64,000 bases of DNA, taken from the NCBI GenBank assembly GCA_965221775.1, contig CBDCSU010000004.1, positions 416,001 to 480,000 of the forward strand. The letters run 5' to 3'. A program made the translations under genes and the position numbers. The notes under the pieces are model-generated. The model saw nothing but the letters and a program-made list of their open reading frames with translations, was not told the DNA's origin and did not search any database. Each line of letters begins with the position of its first letter. The first letter of the stretch is position 1. The stretch comes from Candidatus Latescibacterota bacterium. GTDB taxonomy: Bacteria; Latescibacterota; UBA2968; UBA8231. Shown piece by piece: positions 54,164 to 64,000 of this stretch.

Positions 54164-55412
54164 CGGGGATGACGGCGTCCTTGGGGACCACCACGATGCC
54201 TTCACGGATGAAGTGCCCGTCGCCGTCGGCTTCCTGGATGCGCGCGTCGTTGCTGATGATGGCGCCCTCGCCGATGCGCGCGTTCTTGTCGACGATGGCG
54301 CGGTGGATGACGCTTCCGGAGCCGATACCGACGTCGGGCACCCCGCGGGCGCGGTTGCGATCCCTGTCCTCGGGGGTCTCGTAGTAGTCGGCGCCCATGA
54401 CCACCGACTGGAAGATGCGGGCGCCGGCCCCGACCTGGCTGCGCACACCGATGACGGACTGCTCGACCTCGGCTTCGCGGAGGGCGCAGCCCTCCCCGAC
54501 GATGACGCGATCCATGCGGCAGTCGTCGATGCGGGAGCCGGCCAGGAACCGCTGGTGGGTGAAGATCGGCGCGTCGGGCCGGTGGAACTGGAAGACGGGC
54601 TCGAGGTCGGTGAGTCGGATGTTGGCCCGGTAGAAGGCGGAGATCGTCCCGATGTCCTCCCAGTACCCGTCGAAGGCATGGGCGAAGACGTTGAGCTTCT
54701 CGATCGCCGCCGGGATCAGGTGGCGGCCGAAGTCGTCCTCCTCGATACCGAGGAGCAGGCTGGTCAGCACCTGGGGCTCGAAGAGGTAGATCCCCATGGA
54801 GGCGAGGAAACGCGCCTCCGGATCGGCGCCAGGGGCCTCCGGCAGCTCCAGCTCGTCGAGCTCGGCCTCCGTCTGCGGCTTCTCGCGGAAAGCGACGATG
54901 CGGGAGCCCTCGTCCACCTTCAGGATCCCCAGGGAGGAGGCCTCCTCGCGGCGCACCGGCTTCACGGCGATCGACACGTCGGCCGAGCGCCGGCGGTGGT
55001 CGTCGACGAAGGCGCGGTAGTCCATGCGGTAGAGGTGGTCGCCGGAGAGGATCAGGACCTCGTGGCCCTGACGGGCGTGGATGCGCCGCAGCTGCTTGCG
55101 GACGGCGTCGGCCGTGCCCTGGTACCAGTCCGTCTCCTCCATGGTCTGTTCCGCCGCGAGGATCTCGACGAAGCCGCCGAAGAAACTGTCGAAGCGGTAG
55201 GTGGCGCTCACGTGGCGGTTGAGGGAAGCGGAATTGAACTGGGTGAGGACGAAGATCTTGTCGATGCCGGAGTGGATGCAGTTGCTGATGGGGATGTCGA
55301 TGAGCCGGTACTTGCCGCCGATGGGCACGGCGGGCTTGGAGCGGTAGCGGGTCAGCGGGAAGAGGCGCGCCCCCCGTCCCCCGCCCAGGATGACGCCGAT
55401 GACGTTGCGCAT
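54147..55412 (-). CDS. glgC: Glucose-1-phosphate adenylyltransferase
   Basis: ILGGGRGARLFPLT..RSKPAVPIGGKYRLIDIP, WYQGTADAVR, LSGDHLYRMDY, YWEDIGT. Confidence 0.98.
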   Translation of the reverse strand: MRNVIGVILGGGRGARLFPLTRYRSKPAVPIGGKYRLIDIPISNCIHSGIDKIFVLTQFNSASLNRHVSATYRFDSFFGGFVEILAAEQTMEETDWYQGTADAVRKQLRRIHARQGHEVLILSGDHLYRMDYRAFVDDHRRRSADVSIAVKPVRREEASSLGILKVDEGSRIVAFREKPQTEAELDELELPEAPGADPEARFLASMGIYLFEPQVLTSLLLGIEEDDFGRHLIPAAIEKLNVFAHAFDGYWEDIGTISAFYRANIRLTDLEPVFQFHRPDAPIFTHQRFLAGSRIDDCRMDRVIVGEGCALREAEVEQSVIGVRSQVGAGARIFQSVVMGADYYETPEDRDRNRARGVPDVGIGSGSVIHRAIVDKNARIGEGAIISNDARIQEADGDGHFIREGIVVVPKDAVIPDGTRI

Positions 55413-55632
55413 ACCGGTCCGGCTCCCGCTGCGTTACCCCCGGGGCGGGCGAACCTGCCTGCGCCCCTGGGAGATCAGCGCGCCAGGCATCCACCGCTGG
55501 TGCGCCCTGTGAATGGAGAACGACTAAGCTGTTCCAGCCCGCGGATTTCCGCAAGTTGCGGGCCCGCCCTCCGGCCCGGCGTGCGGCGCCCTCCGGAGGG
55601 CGGCAGCCTGGGTACCGCGGCCGAGGCCAGGC

Positions 55633-55736
55633 GGTCCAGCGCAGCAGCAGTCCCGCCACGCCGAAATAGATGACCGGGGAGGGGATGTCGTTGAGGGTGG
55701 TGATACGGGGCCGGAGGCGACGGCGGGATCGAAACC
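55633..55736 (-). pseudogene. mgtE: Frameshifted C-terminal remnant of a magnesium transporter
   Basis: GFDPAVASGP, a 2-nt codon (55706-55705), then ITTLNDIPSPVIYFGVAGLLLRW, matching the MgtE last-helix pattern DPAxASGPFITTxxD...IYF. Confidence 0.75.
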
Positions 55737-55759
55737 CGTGGCCACCGGGTCGACGGCCA

Positions 55760-55788
55760 TTGCCGCTGCCCGACGCCGCTTCTACACT
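55760..55788 (+). promoter_or_regulatory. Putative sigma70 promoter of SDR-rfbA
   Basis: TTGCCG (55760-55765), 17 bp, TACACT (55783-55788). Confidence 0.55.
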
Positions 55789-55842
55789 GTGGCGGACCGG
55801 AACAGGGGCCGTGATGGAGCGTCCTCCACGGAGACCGGAAGC

Positions 55843-56586
55843 ATGACGGCAGGGAGGCTGGAAGGCCGGACGGCGCTGGTCACCGGCGGCGCCCGCGGGA
55901 TCGGACGGGCGATCTGCGAGCGCTTCGCCGCCGAGGGAGCCCGGCTGGCCCTGGCCGACATCGACGAGGCCGGGGTCCAACGCACCGCCGAGGGGATTGG
56001 CGCCGGTGCCATGGCCCTGGCCGTGGACGTGGCCGATCCGGAGTCCTGTCACCGCTGCGTGGGTCGGGCGATCGAGTCCCTCGGCGCCCTCGACGTGCTG
56101 GTTAACAACGCCGGGTACCTGCGCCACACCAACGCCTTCGACTGTACCGAGGACGACTGGGACCGCATGGTGGACATCAACATGAAGGGGCCCTTCTTCT
56201 GCGCTCAGGCCGTGCTGCCGCACATGCGCGACCGCCGGCAGGGGGCCATCCTCAATCTCTCCTCCCTGGCCGCCAAGACCGGAGGAGTCGCCGCGGCGCC
56301 CCCCTACGGGGCCGCCAAGGCCGGGGTCAGCGCCCTCACCTTGCACCTGGCCAGGGTGATGGCCCCGTACGGGGTCCGGGTGAACGCACTGGCTCCCGGC
56401 ATCATCGACACCGAGATGACGCGGGACCCCTCCGGCGCGCACGCCGAGCTGGCGAAGCGGATCCCCCTCGGCTCCAGGGGCCGCGCCGAGGACGTGGCCA
56501 ATCTGGCCCTCTTCCTGGCCTCCGACGAGGCCAGCCACATCACCGGGGAGATCGTCGACATCAACGGCGGACTATGGATGGACTAG
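55843..56586 (+). CDS. Classical SDR family oxidoreductase (FabG-like)
   Basis: TGGARGIG, LVNNAG, YGAAK, VNALAPG, ITGE..DINGG. Confidence 0.93.
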   Translation: MTAGRLEGRTALVTGGARGIGRAICERFAAEGARLALADIDEAGVQRTAEGIGAGAMALAVDVADPESCHRCVGRAIESLGALDVLVNNAGYLRHTNAFDCTEDDWDRMVDINMKGPFFCAQAVLPHMRDRRQGAILNLSSLAAKTGGVAAAPPYGAAKAGVSALTLHLARVMAPYGVRVNALAPGIIDTEMTRDPSGAHAELAKRIPLGSRGRAEDVANLALFLASDEASHITGEIVDINGGLWMD

Positions 56587-56587
56587 G

Positions 56588-57508
56588 ATGAAGGGAATCG
56601 TGCTGGCGGGCGGGCACGGCACTCGTCTCGTGCCGCTCACACAGGTGGTGTGCAAGCAGCTGCTGCCGGTGTACGACAAGCCGATGATCTGCTATCCCCT
56701 GTCGATCCTGATGCTCGGCGGGATCCGCCAGATCTGCATCATCTCCACGCCCAGGGACCTGCCGATCATCCGCGGCTTCCTCGGCGACGGGCGGGCCCTC
56801 GGCGTGGAGTTCACCTACGTGGAGCAGGCCCGGCCCGAGGGCATCGCCCAGGCCTTCCTGCTGGCCGAGGAGTTCATCGGCGGCGACCCGGTAACCCTCA
56901 TCCTGGGCGACAACGTGTTCTACGGGGACTTCTTCCAGGGCGAGAACGGCTTCGCGCGGGCCGTGGGCGACTTCGAGGGAGGGGGTCTGATCTTCGGCTA
57001 CTACCTCGGCGATCCCCGGGACTTCGGCGTCCTCGAGTTCGACGCCGCCGGCCGGGCCGTGGGCATCGAGGAGAAACCCGCCGAGCCGAAGTCGAACTAC
57101 GCCGTGCCGGGCCTGTACGTCTACGACGCCGGGGTGGTCGAGGTGGTCCGCGGCCTGCAGCCGTCGGCGCGGGGAGAGCTGGAGATCACCGACGTCAACC
57201 GCACCTACCTGGAGCGCGGCGACCTGCGCGTCGAGCGGTTGGGACGGGGGATCGCCTGGCTCGACACCGGCACGCCCGCCAGCCTCCAGGCGGCCAGCAG
57301 CTTCGTCGAGGCCATCGAGATGCGCCAGGGGCTGAAGATCGCGTGCCTCGAGGAGATCGCCTTCGACCAGGGATTCGTCGACCGCGCCGGCTTCGAGGCC
57401 CTCATCGCGGGCTTCCCGAGCCCCCCCTCCGAGTGCGACTACCGGGAGTACCTCGAGATGTTCCTGGCCCAGAAGGACGCGGCCCCCGGGGCGAAGGGCA
57501 GGTCCTAG
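56588..57508 (+). CDS. rfbA: Glucose-1-phosphate thymidylyltransferase
   Basis: MKGIVLAGG.GTRL.PLT, KQLLPVYDKPMI, LGDN, SARGELEITD, AWLDTGT. Confidence 0.97.
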   Translation: MKGIVLAGGHGTRLVPLTQVVCKQLLPVYDKPMICYPLSILMLGGIRQICIISTPRDLPIIRGFLGDGRALGVEFTYVEQARPEGIAQAFLLAEEFIGGDPVTLILGDNVFYGDFFQGENGFARAVGDFEGGGLIFGYYLGDPRDFGVLEFDAAGRAVGIEEKPAEPKSNYAVPGLYVYDAGVVEVVRGLQPSARGELEITDVNRTYLERGDLRVERLGRGIAWLDTGTPASLQAASSFVEAIEMRQGLKIACLEEIAFDQGFVDRAGFEALIAGFPSPPSECDYREYLEMFLAQKDAAPGAKGRS

Positions 57509-57509
57509 G

Positions 57510-58312
57510 TCAGGACCGCGCCTCCGCCAGCTCCCCGAGAAGGCGGCCGTACCGGGTTTCTCCGCCCTCCTCCCAGGCCGTGAGCAGGGCGGAGCCGACG
57601 ATGCCGATCTCCACCCGTCCGTGCAGGGCCCGCAGGTCCTCCCCCCCGCCGAGGCCGAAGCCGAGAGCCAGGGGCAGGTCGGTGGCCCCGCGGCAGGCGT
57701 CCAGGAACTGGTAGAGCTCGTCCCGGAGCTGCGTGCGCCGGCCCGTGACCCCCTTGCGAGCCACGGCGTAGACGAAGCCCCGGGCACGGCGGCCGAGCTC
57801 GGCCAGGCGGCTCTCCGTGTTCGTCGGGGTCATGAGCAGGACCGGGTCGAGGCGGTGGCTCGCGCTGACGTCGAAGAGGTCGCCGTACTCCTCGTACGGG
57901 AGGTCGGGCACGATGAGGCCCGAGCCGCCCGCCGCCCGCAGGCGATGGCAGAACTCGGTGTGGCCCGGGCGGAAGAGGGTGTTGTAGTACCCCATGAACA
58001 GTCGGGGGAAGGCGGCCGCCTGACCGGCCTGGCGGAAGAAGTCGAAGTAGGCCCGGAGGGTGACCCCCCGCGACAGGGCCTCCTGGTTGGCGCGCACGAA
58101 GGTGGGCCCGTCCGCCACCGGCTCGCTGAAGGGCATCTGCAGCTCCACCAGGTCGACGTCGTGCTCGGCCATGGACCGCAGCATGGCGTGGTTCGCCTCC
58201 AGGGACGGGTAGCCGACGATGAGGTGGGTCATCAGCAGGATGCGCCGGTCCCCGCCCGCCAGGCGCCCTCGTACGTAGGCCTCGAGACCGCCGGCCCCCG
58301 TTCCGGGCGGGT

Positions 58313-58316
<4 letters not shown>
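57510..58316 (-). CDS. trpA: Tryptophan synthase alpha chain
   Basis: GYPS, ELQMPFSEPVADGP, MGYYN, IVPDLP.EE, GVTG, GFG, IVGSAL. Confidence 0.93.
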
Positions 58317-59602
<1,286 letters not shown>

Positions 59603-59612
59603 GGCCGCGGCC

Positions 59613-61316
59613 TCAATCGATGAGCTGCGCCCTCTTCAACGCCTCGAGCATCGTGGCGTTGCCGGGCGATTCCTCCTTCTCCTGCTGCCGGCGCTCCTCG
59701 AACTCCCGGAGGTTCGCCTCCCCCTCCACCTGCTCGGCCCGCTTCAGGGAGAGACGGAAGCGCTTGCGGCGGTCGTCGATCTCGAGGATCGCCACCTTCA
59801 CCTCCTCGCCCTGGGAGAGGACGTCGCGGGGGTGGTTGACCCGCCGGCGCGCCATCTCGGAGACGTGGATCAGTCCTTGCACGTTCGGCGCCAGCTCGAC
59901 GAAGGCGCCGAAGTCCTCCAGCGCCTCGACCCTGCCGGTCACCACGGAGCCGGCACGGAAGCGCTCCCGCGCCTCGGTCCAGGGGTTCTTCTCCAGCGCC
60001 TTCAGGCTCAGGGAGATCCGTTCCTTGCGCCGGTCGCCCAGGTTCTTCACGGCGATGACCTTGACCTTGACCTCCTGTCCCGGTTGCACCACGTCCTGGG
60101 GGTGGGAGACGCGCTCGTGGCGAAGCTCCGAGACGTGGATCAGCCCCTCGACGCGCGCTCCGAGGTCGACGAAGGCCCCGAAGTTCTCGAGGCGGGTCAC
60201 CGAGCCGGTCAGCTCCGCCCCCTCGGTGACGCTCTCTCGGACACTGAGAGCACCCTTCGCCTGCTCGGCTTCGAGCAGGGCCCGCCGGGACAGGACGATG
60301 CTTCGGCCCCGGTCGCGGAAACGGATGATCTTGAAGGCCATGGTCTGGTTGCGGAAGCGCTCCGGGTCCTCGGTGAAGGCGGTGTCGATCTGGGATACCG
60401 GACAGAAGGCGCGCAGGCCCTCGAGGGAGACGCCCAGACCCCACTTGTTGACGGCCATCACCGTGCCTTCCACCGGCTGTCCCGACTTGAAGGCCTTGTA
60501 GAGCAGGTCGGACTGGCGAGCCTCGCCGCTGGGGTAGCGGGACAGGGCGACTTCGCCGGAGTCGCCGACGATGAACGCTTCGATCGGGTCTCCGGCCTGG
60601 AAAGCGATCTCCCCGTCCTCGCCCCTGAGTTCGTCGACGCCGATCACCCCCTCGCTGCGGCCTCCGTAATCGACGAAGGCCTGGTACTCGCCGACGCGGA
60701 CCACCACCCCGCTGACCCGGCTGCCCACCTGCGGCGCCTGGGCATCCGCCGCCGGGGCCCGGTCGGCCAGCAGGGCCTCCATGTCGCCTCCGGGATCCGC
60801 GGGACCGGCGGGAGCCCCCGAATCCGCGGGGGTCGGTCCCGCCTCCGGGGCGGTACCGTCTTCGGTCGTGGTCGTAGCCGCCGCCGAGGGTGCGGACTCC
60901 TGGGCCGCGGCGGTCTCCTGCGCGGTGGCGGCGGCGTCCTCGGCCGAAGCCGAATCCTCGGCGGAAGGCGCGGACCCGGCGGCCTCTGGCTCCTGGGCCT
61001 CAGGGGTGGCTTCCTCCGCGACAGGAGTGGCTGCCTCTTCGGCGGAAGCGGAGTCCCCCGCCTTGGGCGGGGCGCCCTCCGCAGGAGCGGATTCCTCCCC
61101 GGCCGCCGTGTCCTGCGCGGCGGCGGCGGTGGTGTCGTCCGCAGGTGTCGTGTCCTGCTCCGTGGCCCCGGGGAAGTCCGCTGCGCCCGAGGGCTCCGGC
61201 GCTTCGGCGGATACCTCGGGGTTGTCCCGGGGAGGCTCCTCCGCCCGCTCCGGATCCGGGGGGCGGAGCTCGTCGTGCGGTTCGCTGTCGGTGGGCTGAG
61301 GGCCGGACATGTCCAT
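59613..61316 (-). CDS. Four-S1-domain protein (ribosomal protein S1-like) with long low-complexity N-terminus
   Basis: S1 repeats (AFVDYGG, RAFCPVSQI, FGAFVDL..EGLIHVSEL, FGAFVEL..QGLIHVSEM); SD AGGAG. Confidence 0.9.
   Translation of the reverse strand: MDMSGPQPTDSEPHDELRPPDPERAEEPPRDNPEVSAEAPEPSGAADFPGATEQDTTPADDTTAAAAQDTAAGEESAPAEGAPPKAGDSASAEEAATPVAEEATPEAQEPEAAGSAPSAEDSASAEDAAATAQETAAAQESAPSAAATTTTEDGTAPEAGPTPADSGAPAGPADPGGDMEALLADRAPAADAQAPQVGSRVSGVVVRVGEYQAFVDYGGRSEGVIGVDELRGEDGEIAFQAGDPIEAFIVGDSGEVALSRYPSGEARQSDLLYKAFKSGQPVEGTVMAVNKWGLGVSLEGLRAFCPVSQIDTAFTEDPERFRNQTMAFKIIRFRDRGRSIVLSRRALLEAEQAKGALSVRESVTEGAELTGSVTRLENFGAFVDLGARVEGLIHVSELRHERVSHPQDVVQPGQEVKVKVIAVKNLGDRRKERISLSLKALEKNPWTEARERFRAGSVVTGRVEALEDFGAFVELAPNVQGLIHVSEMARRRVNHPRDVLSQGEEVKVAILEIDDRRKRFRLSLKRAEQVEGEANLREFEERRQQEKEESPGNATMLEALKRAQLID
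60783..61280 (-). repeat. Degenerate coding repeats in the Ala/Glu/Pro/Thr-rich N-terminus
   Basis: AAAQDTAAGEESAPA vs ATAQETAAAQESAPS; DSASAEEAA vs DSASAEDAA; EEAATP vs EEATP. Confidence 0.6.
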
Positions 61317-61342
61317 CTCCTGAGGTTCGTGCCCGCGCGCGC

Positions 61343-62335
61343 CTAGGGGAGCAGGAGGACCTTGCCCGTGGTCCTGCGCCCCTCCAGGGCGCGGTGGGCC
61401 TCGGCGGCGGCGGCCAGCTCGTAGCGGGCGCCGATCCGGACGTCGAGCCGGCCCTCGGCGGTCCAGCTCAGCACCTCACCGGCGCGATCGAGCAGTTCCT
61501 GCCGGGTGAGGGTGTAGTGGGCCATGGTCGGCCGAGTCAGGTAGAGCGAGCCCTTCTGGCTGAGGACCTGGGGATCGATGGGAGGCACGGGGCCGCTCGA
61601 TTGCCCGAAGAGGACCATGGTGCCGCGCGGCTTGAGGGAGTCGAGGCTCCTGTCGAAGGTCGTCCGCCCCACCGAGTCGTAGACGACCTCGACACCGGCG
61701 CCTCCGGTGAGGCGCTGCACCTCTTCTCCGAAGTCGGCCTCGGTGTAGCGGATGACCTCGTGGGCCCCCGCCCCGCGGGCCAGTTTCTCCTTCTCCGGCG
61801 TGGAGACGGTGGCCAGCACTCGCGCGCCCTTCATCCTGGCCATCTGCACCAGCAACAGGCCGACGCCGCCGGCCGCGGCGTGGATGAGCGCCGTGTCGCC
61901 CGCCTTCAGGACGTAGGTGCCGGTGACCAGATAGTGGGCGGTCATGCCCTGAAGGAGGACGGCCGCCGCATCGGCGGTCCCGATCCTCTCGGGCAGGGGC
62001 ACCAGGTGGTCGGCAGGCACGGCGGCGCTCTCGGCGTAAGCCCCCTGGACGCCGGCCCAGCCGACGCGGTCCCCGGCGGCCACTCCCTCGACGCCTTCTC
62101 CCACGGCGACGACGGTTCCGGCCCCCTCCATTCCCGGTACGCAGGGCAGGTCGACCGGGTAGAGGCCGGAGCGGTGGTAGGTGTCGATGTAGTTGAGGCC
62201 GACGGCCTCCAGACGGACCACGGCCTCGCCGGGGCCGGCGGACGGCTCCGGCACCTGCTCGAAGGAGAGGACCTCGGGGCCGCCGTGCTCGTGGAAACGT
62301 ATCGCCTTCATCGGTTCGGTGGGAGAGCGAGTCAT
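61343..62335 (-). CDS. qor: NADPH:quinone oxidoreductase (zeta-crystallin family)
   Basis: MKAI...GGPEVL, GLNYID..RSGLY, HAAAGGVG, VYDSVG, KGSLYLTRP, TTGKVLL. Confidence 0.95.
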   Translation of the reverse strand: MTRSPTEPMKAIRFHEHGGPEVLSFEQVPEPSAGPGEAVVRLEAVGLNYIDTYHRSGLYPVDLPCVPGMEGAGTVVAVGEGVEGVAAGDRVGWAGVQGAYAESAAVPADHLVPLPERIGTADAAAVLLQGMTAHYLVTGTYVLKAGDTALIHAAAGGVGLLLVQMARMKGARVLATVSTPEKEKLARGAGAHEVIRYTEADFGEEVQRLTGGAGVEVVYDSVGRTTFDRSLDSLKPRGTMVLFGQSSGPVPPIDPQVLSQKGSLYLTRPTMAHYTLTRQELLDRAGEVLSWTAEGRLDVRIGARYELAAAAEAHRALEGRRTTGKVLLLP

Positions 62336-62353
62336 CGTGGGGGGAGACTGACA

Positions 62354-62383
62354 AAGTTACGTGTGGCGGTCCGTTTTGAGCAA
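62354..62383 (-). promoter_or_regulatory. Putative promoter of qor
   Basis: TTGCTC (62383-62378), 18 bp, TAACTT (62359-62354). Confidence 0.45.
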
Positions 62384-62411
62384 GACGCACCTCGACATCG
62401 GCGCAGGAGAG

Positions 62412-63893
62412 TCAGCCCCGGCGCAGGGACAGGACCGGCGACCAGGGCCCCAGGAGGGCGCGCTCCCACCAGACGCCTCGTCCCCGCGCCTCCCCGCGGC
62501 TGAAGCGGTACTCGTAGAGGTGGGCGCGCAGGTACCGCGGCGGCGGGCCATCGCCGAAGGGATCCTCCGCCAGCAGCCCGAGGACGGTGGGAGACCCCTC
62601 CAGCAGGCGGCGGGCGAAGGCGTGGAACCAGCGGGCCCTCTCGAAGCCGCGCAGGGCGGCGAACCACATCTGCCAGTCCAGGCGCGGCATGTGCGGACCG
62701 GCGAAGGCGGGACGGCGGTCGACCTCGGTCGGCTTGTACCGGAACCGGTAGGTGCGCCATTCGACGCCGTCCCGGCTGCCCTCGAGGACGATCTCCGGGC
62801 GGGTCGTGGTCATGGTCGCGAAGAGCCCGTACGAGCTCGACAGGTGCAGGGGGTTCAGCAGCTGCTGCAGCCTGTAGAGAGGCCCGGCGAGGCGCACGTC
62901 CAGCCCCAGGGTGGCGGCCAGCTGCAGGCAGCTCAGGACGAGGATCGGCGCCGCCGCCGCCAGCCGGAGACGGCGCCGCCAGCGGCGACGACCCTGCCTC
63001 TCGGCGCTGGCGGCGGTGCGCCCGAAGACGGCGTCGTCGAGCAGGGGCAGACAGAGGACGAGGCTGAGGAGGTTGAAGAATCCGTAGTTGCCGGTGGCCG
63101 CGATCCCCAGTTGCAGCAGGGCGAAGCCGGCCGCGGCGGCCAGGCGGAAGCGGCGGGGACCGAAGACGGCGAAAGGCAGGACCAGCTCCACACCGAAGAG
63201 GAGCAGCGTCTCGGCCGTGTGCACCGAAGCAGGGAGATGGTGGGCGAACCAGCTCGTCCACGCGGGGATCGGCTGCGTCTGGTAGTGGTGCTCCATCGCC
63301 GTCAGCCCCCGCCAGGCCGGGTCGCCGCTGAGGAGCTTGACCACGCCGGAGGACCACATGAGCCGGAAGACCAGCCAGCGCAGGAGCCAGGTGACCGCCC
63401 TCGACGGAGGCTCCTTCCACACCCGGCGGGGCCGCCAGGCCAGGGGCGCCCACAGCACCGCCAGCACCCCCGCCTCGAGCAGCAGGATATCCCACTGGTA
63501 GGAGAGGAACTGCTGGCCGGCGACGTACACCGACAGGTAGGTGAGCCAGCAGAGAGCGAGGGCCAGGGCCGGGGCCACCCCGGCCGCCGCCAGCAGCGCG
63601 GCGGCGCAGCCCAGGGCGCACAGGGCGTGCAGGGCCGCGTCTCCCGAGTCGAGCCAGAGCAGGGTGGGAAGGTGCCACCAGGCCGCGGGCCCGAGCGTCT
63701 CCCCGGCCCACCGCAGGGTCTCGGCCGCCGGCAGGATACCGCGCGAACCGACGAGCCCCTGGGCCTGGCTCCAGAAAGAGGCGAAGGCCAGGAGGTAGAC
63801 GAGCCCCATGGCGCGGACGAAGCAGGCCCTGGCCACATGGACCTGCCCGGCCGCCCCGGCCACGGCGGCCACTGTCGCCTGCATCCAGCGCAT
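62412..63893 (-). CDS. Lipase maturation factor family protein
   Basis: GLVGSRGILP, YQWDILLLEAG, HYQTQPIP, TGNYGFFN, PHMPRLDWQMWFAAL. Confidence 0.95.
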   Translation of the reverse strand: MRWMQATVAAVAGAAGQVHVARACFVRAMGLVYLLAFASFWSQAQGLVGSRGILPAAETLRWAGETLGPAAWWHLPTLLWLDSGDAALHALCALGCAAALLAAAGVAPALALALCWLTYLSVYVAGQQFLSYQWDILLLEAGVLAVLWAPLAWRPRRVWKEPPSRAVTWLLRWLVFRLMWSSGVVKLLSGDPAWRGLTAMEHHYQTQPIPAWTSWFAHHLPASVHTAETLLLFGVELVLPFAVFGPRRFRLAAAAGFALLQLGIAATGNYGFFNLLSLVLCLPLLDDAVFGRTAASAERQGRRRWRRRLRLAAAAPILVLSCLQLAATLGLDVRLAGPLYRLQQLLNPLHLSSSYGLFATMTTTRPEIVLEGSRDGVEWRTYRFRYKPTEVDRRPAFAGPHMPRLDWQMWFAALRGFERARWFHAFARRLLEGSPTVLGLLAEDPFGDGPPPRYLRAHLYEYRFSRGEARGRGVWWERALLGPWSPVLSLRRG

Positions 63894-64000
63894 GTCGCGG
63901 GTACCCTAGCGCCCCATCCCCCGGCGCTCCAGCGCCGCCCCCCGGTCCCGGCCGTCGATCGGACGCCTCCGGTTCAGAGGCCCTCCCGGCTACGGCTCCA

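Noticed and set aside
55843-56586. SDR as a displaced ymfI ortholog
   Set aside because: Generic classical SDR about 46 kb from the M16 pair; no specific evidence

Overview
High-GC (about 70% by eye) bacterial chromosomal segment that is almost entirely housekeeping; no transposase, integrase, prophage, CRISPR array or rRNA was found. The short region-1.1-less sigma factor, long orphan GroES and alternative complex III suggest an FCB-superphylum relative such as Latescibacterota or Gemmatimonadota (inference only). Contents in order: 5' part of valS; a murQ-aldo/keto reductase-PLP enzyme-sulfatase-like operon; a ymfF/ymfH-THUMP-SPOR-cytidylyltransferase operon; trmJ; pfkB-hflK-hflC-coaE-gcvT-gcvP-gmd-hydrolase; clpP, epmA, clpX and an extended cold-shock protein; holA-trxA-cNMP protein-AI-2E transporter; rnr, hisN, sigma factor, rph, a DnaC-like ATPase and smpB; tRNA-Leu(CAG) and tRNA-Arg(CCT) flanking a glyoxalase, a DUF815-like ATPase and an internally deleted cysS; a 12-gene ACIII plus A2-type caa3 oxidase operon; groES, ppgK, a HupE/SCO/cytochrome c trio, glgC; an mgtE remnant; SDR-rfbA; and lmf-qor-S1 protein-trpB-trpA. 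The best candidates for undescribed biology are (1) a stand-alone cNMP-binding protein paired with an AI-2E transporter that carries an apparently circularly permuted Ig-like insertion, (2) the ymfF/ymfH operon with a catalytically degenerate THUMP methyltransferase, (3) a Cys-rich DnaC-like ATPase coupled between smpB and rph, and (4) a three-part cold-shock protein upstream of clpX. All family assignments are by motif recognition from memory; no searches were run.
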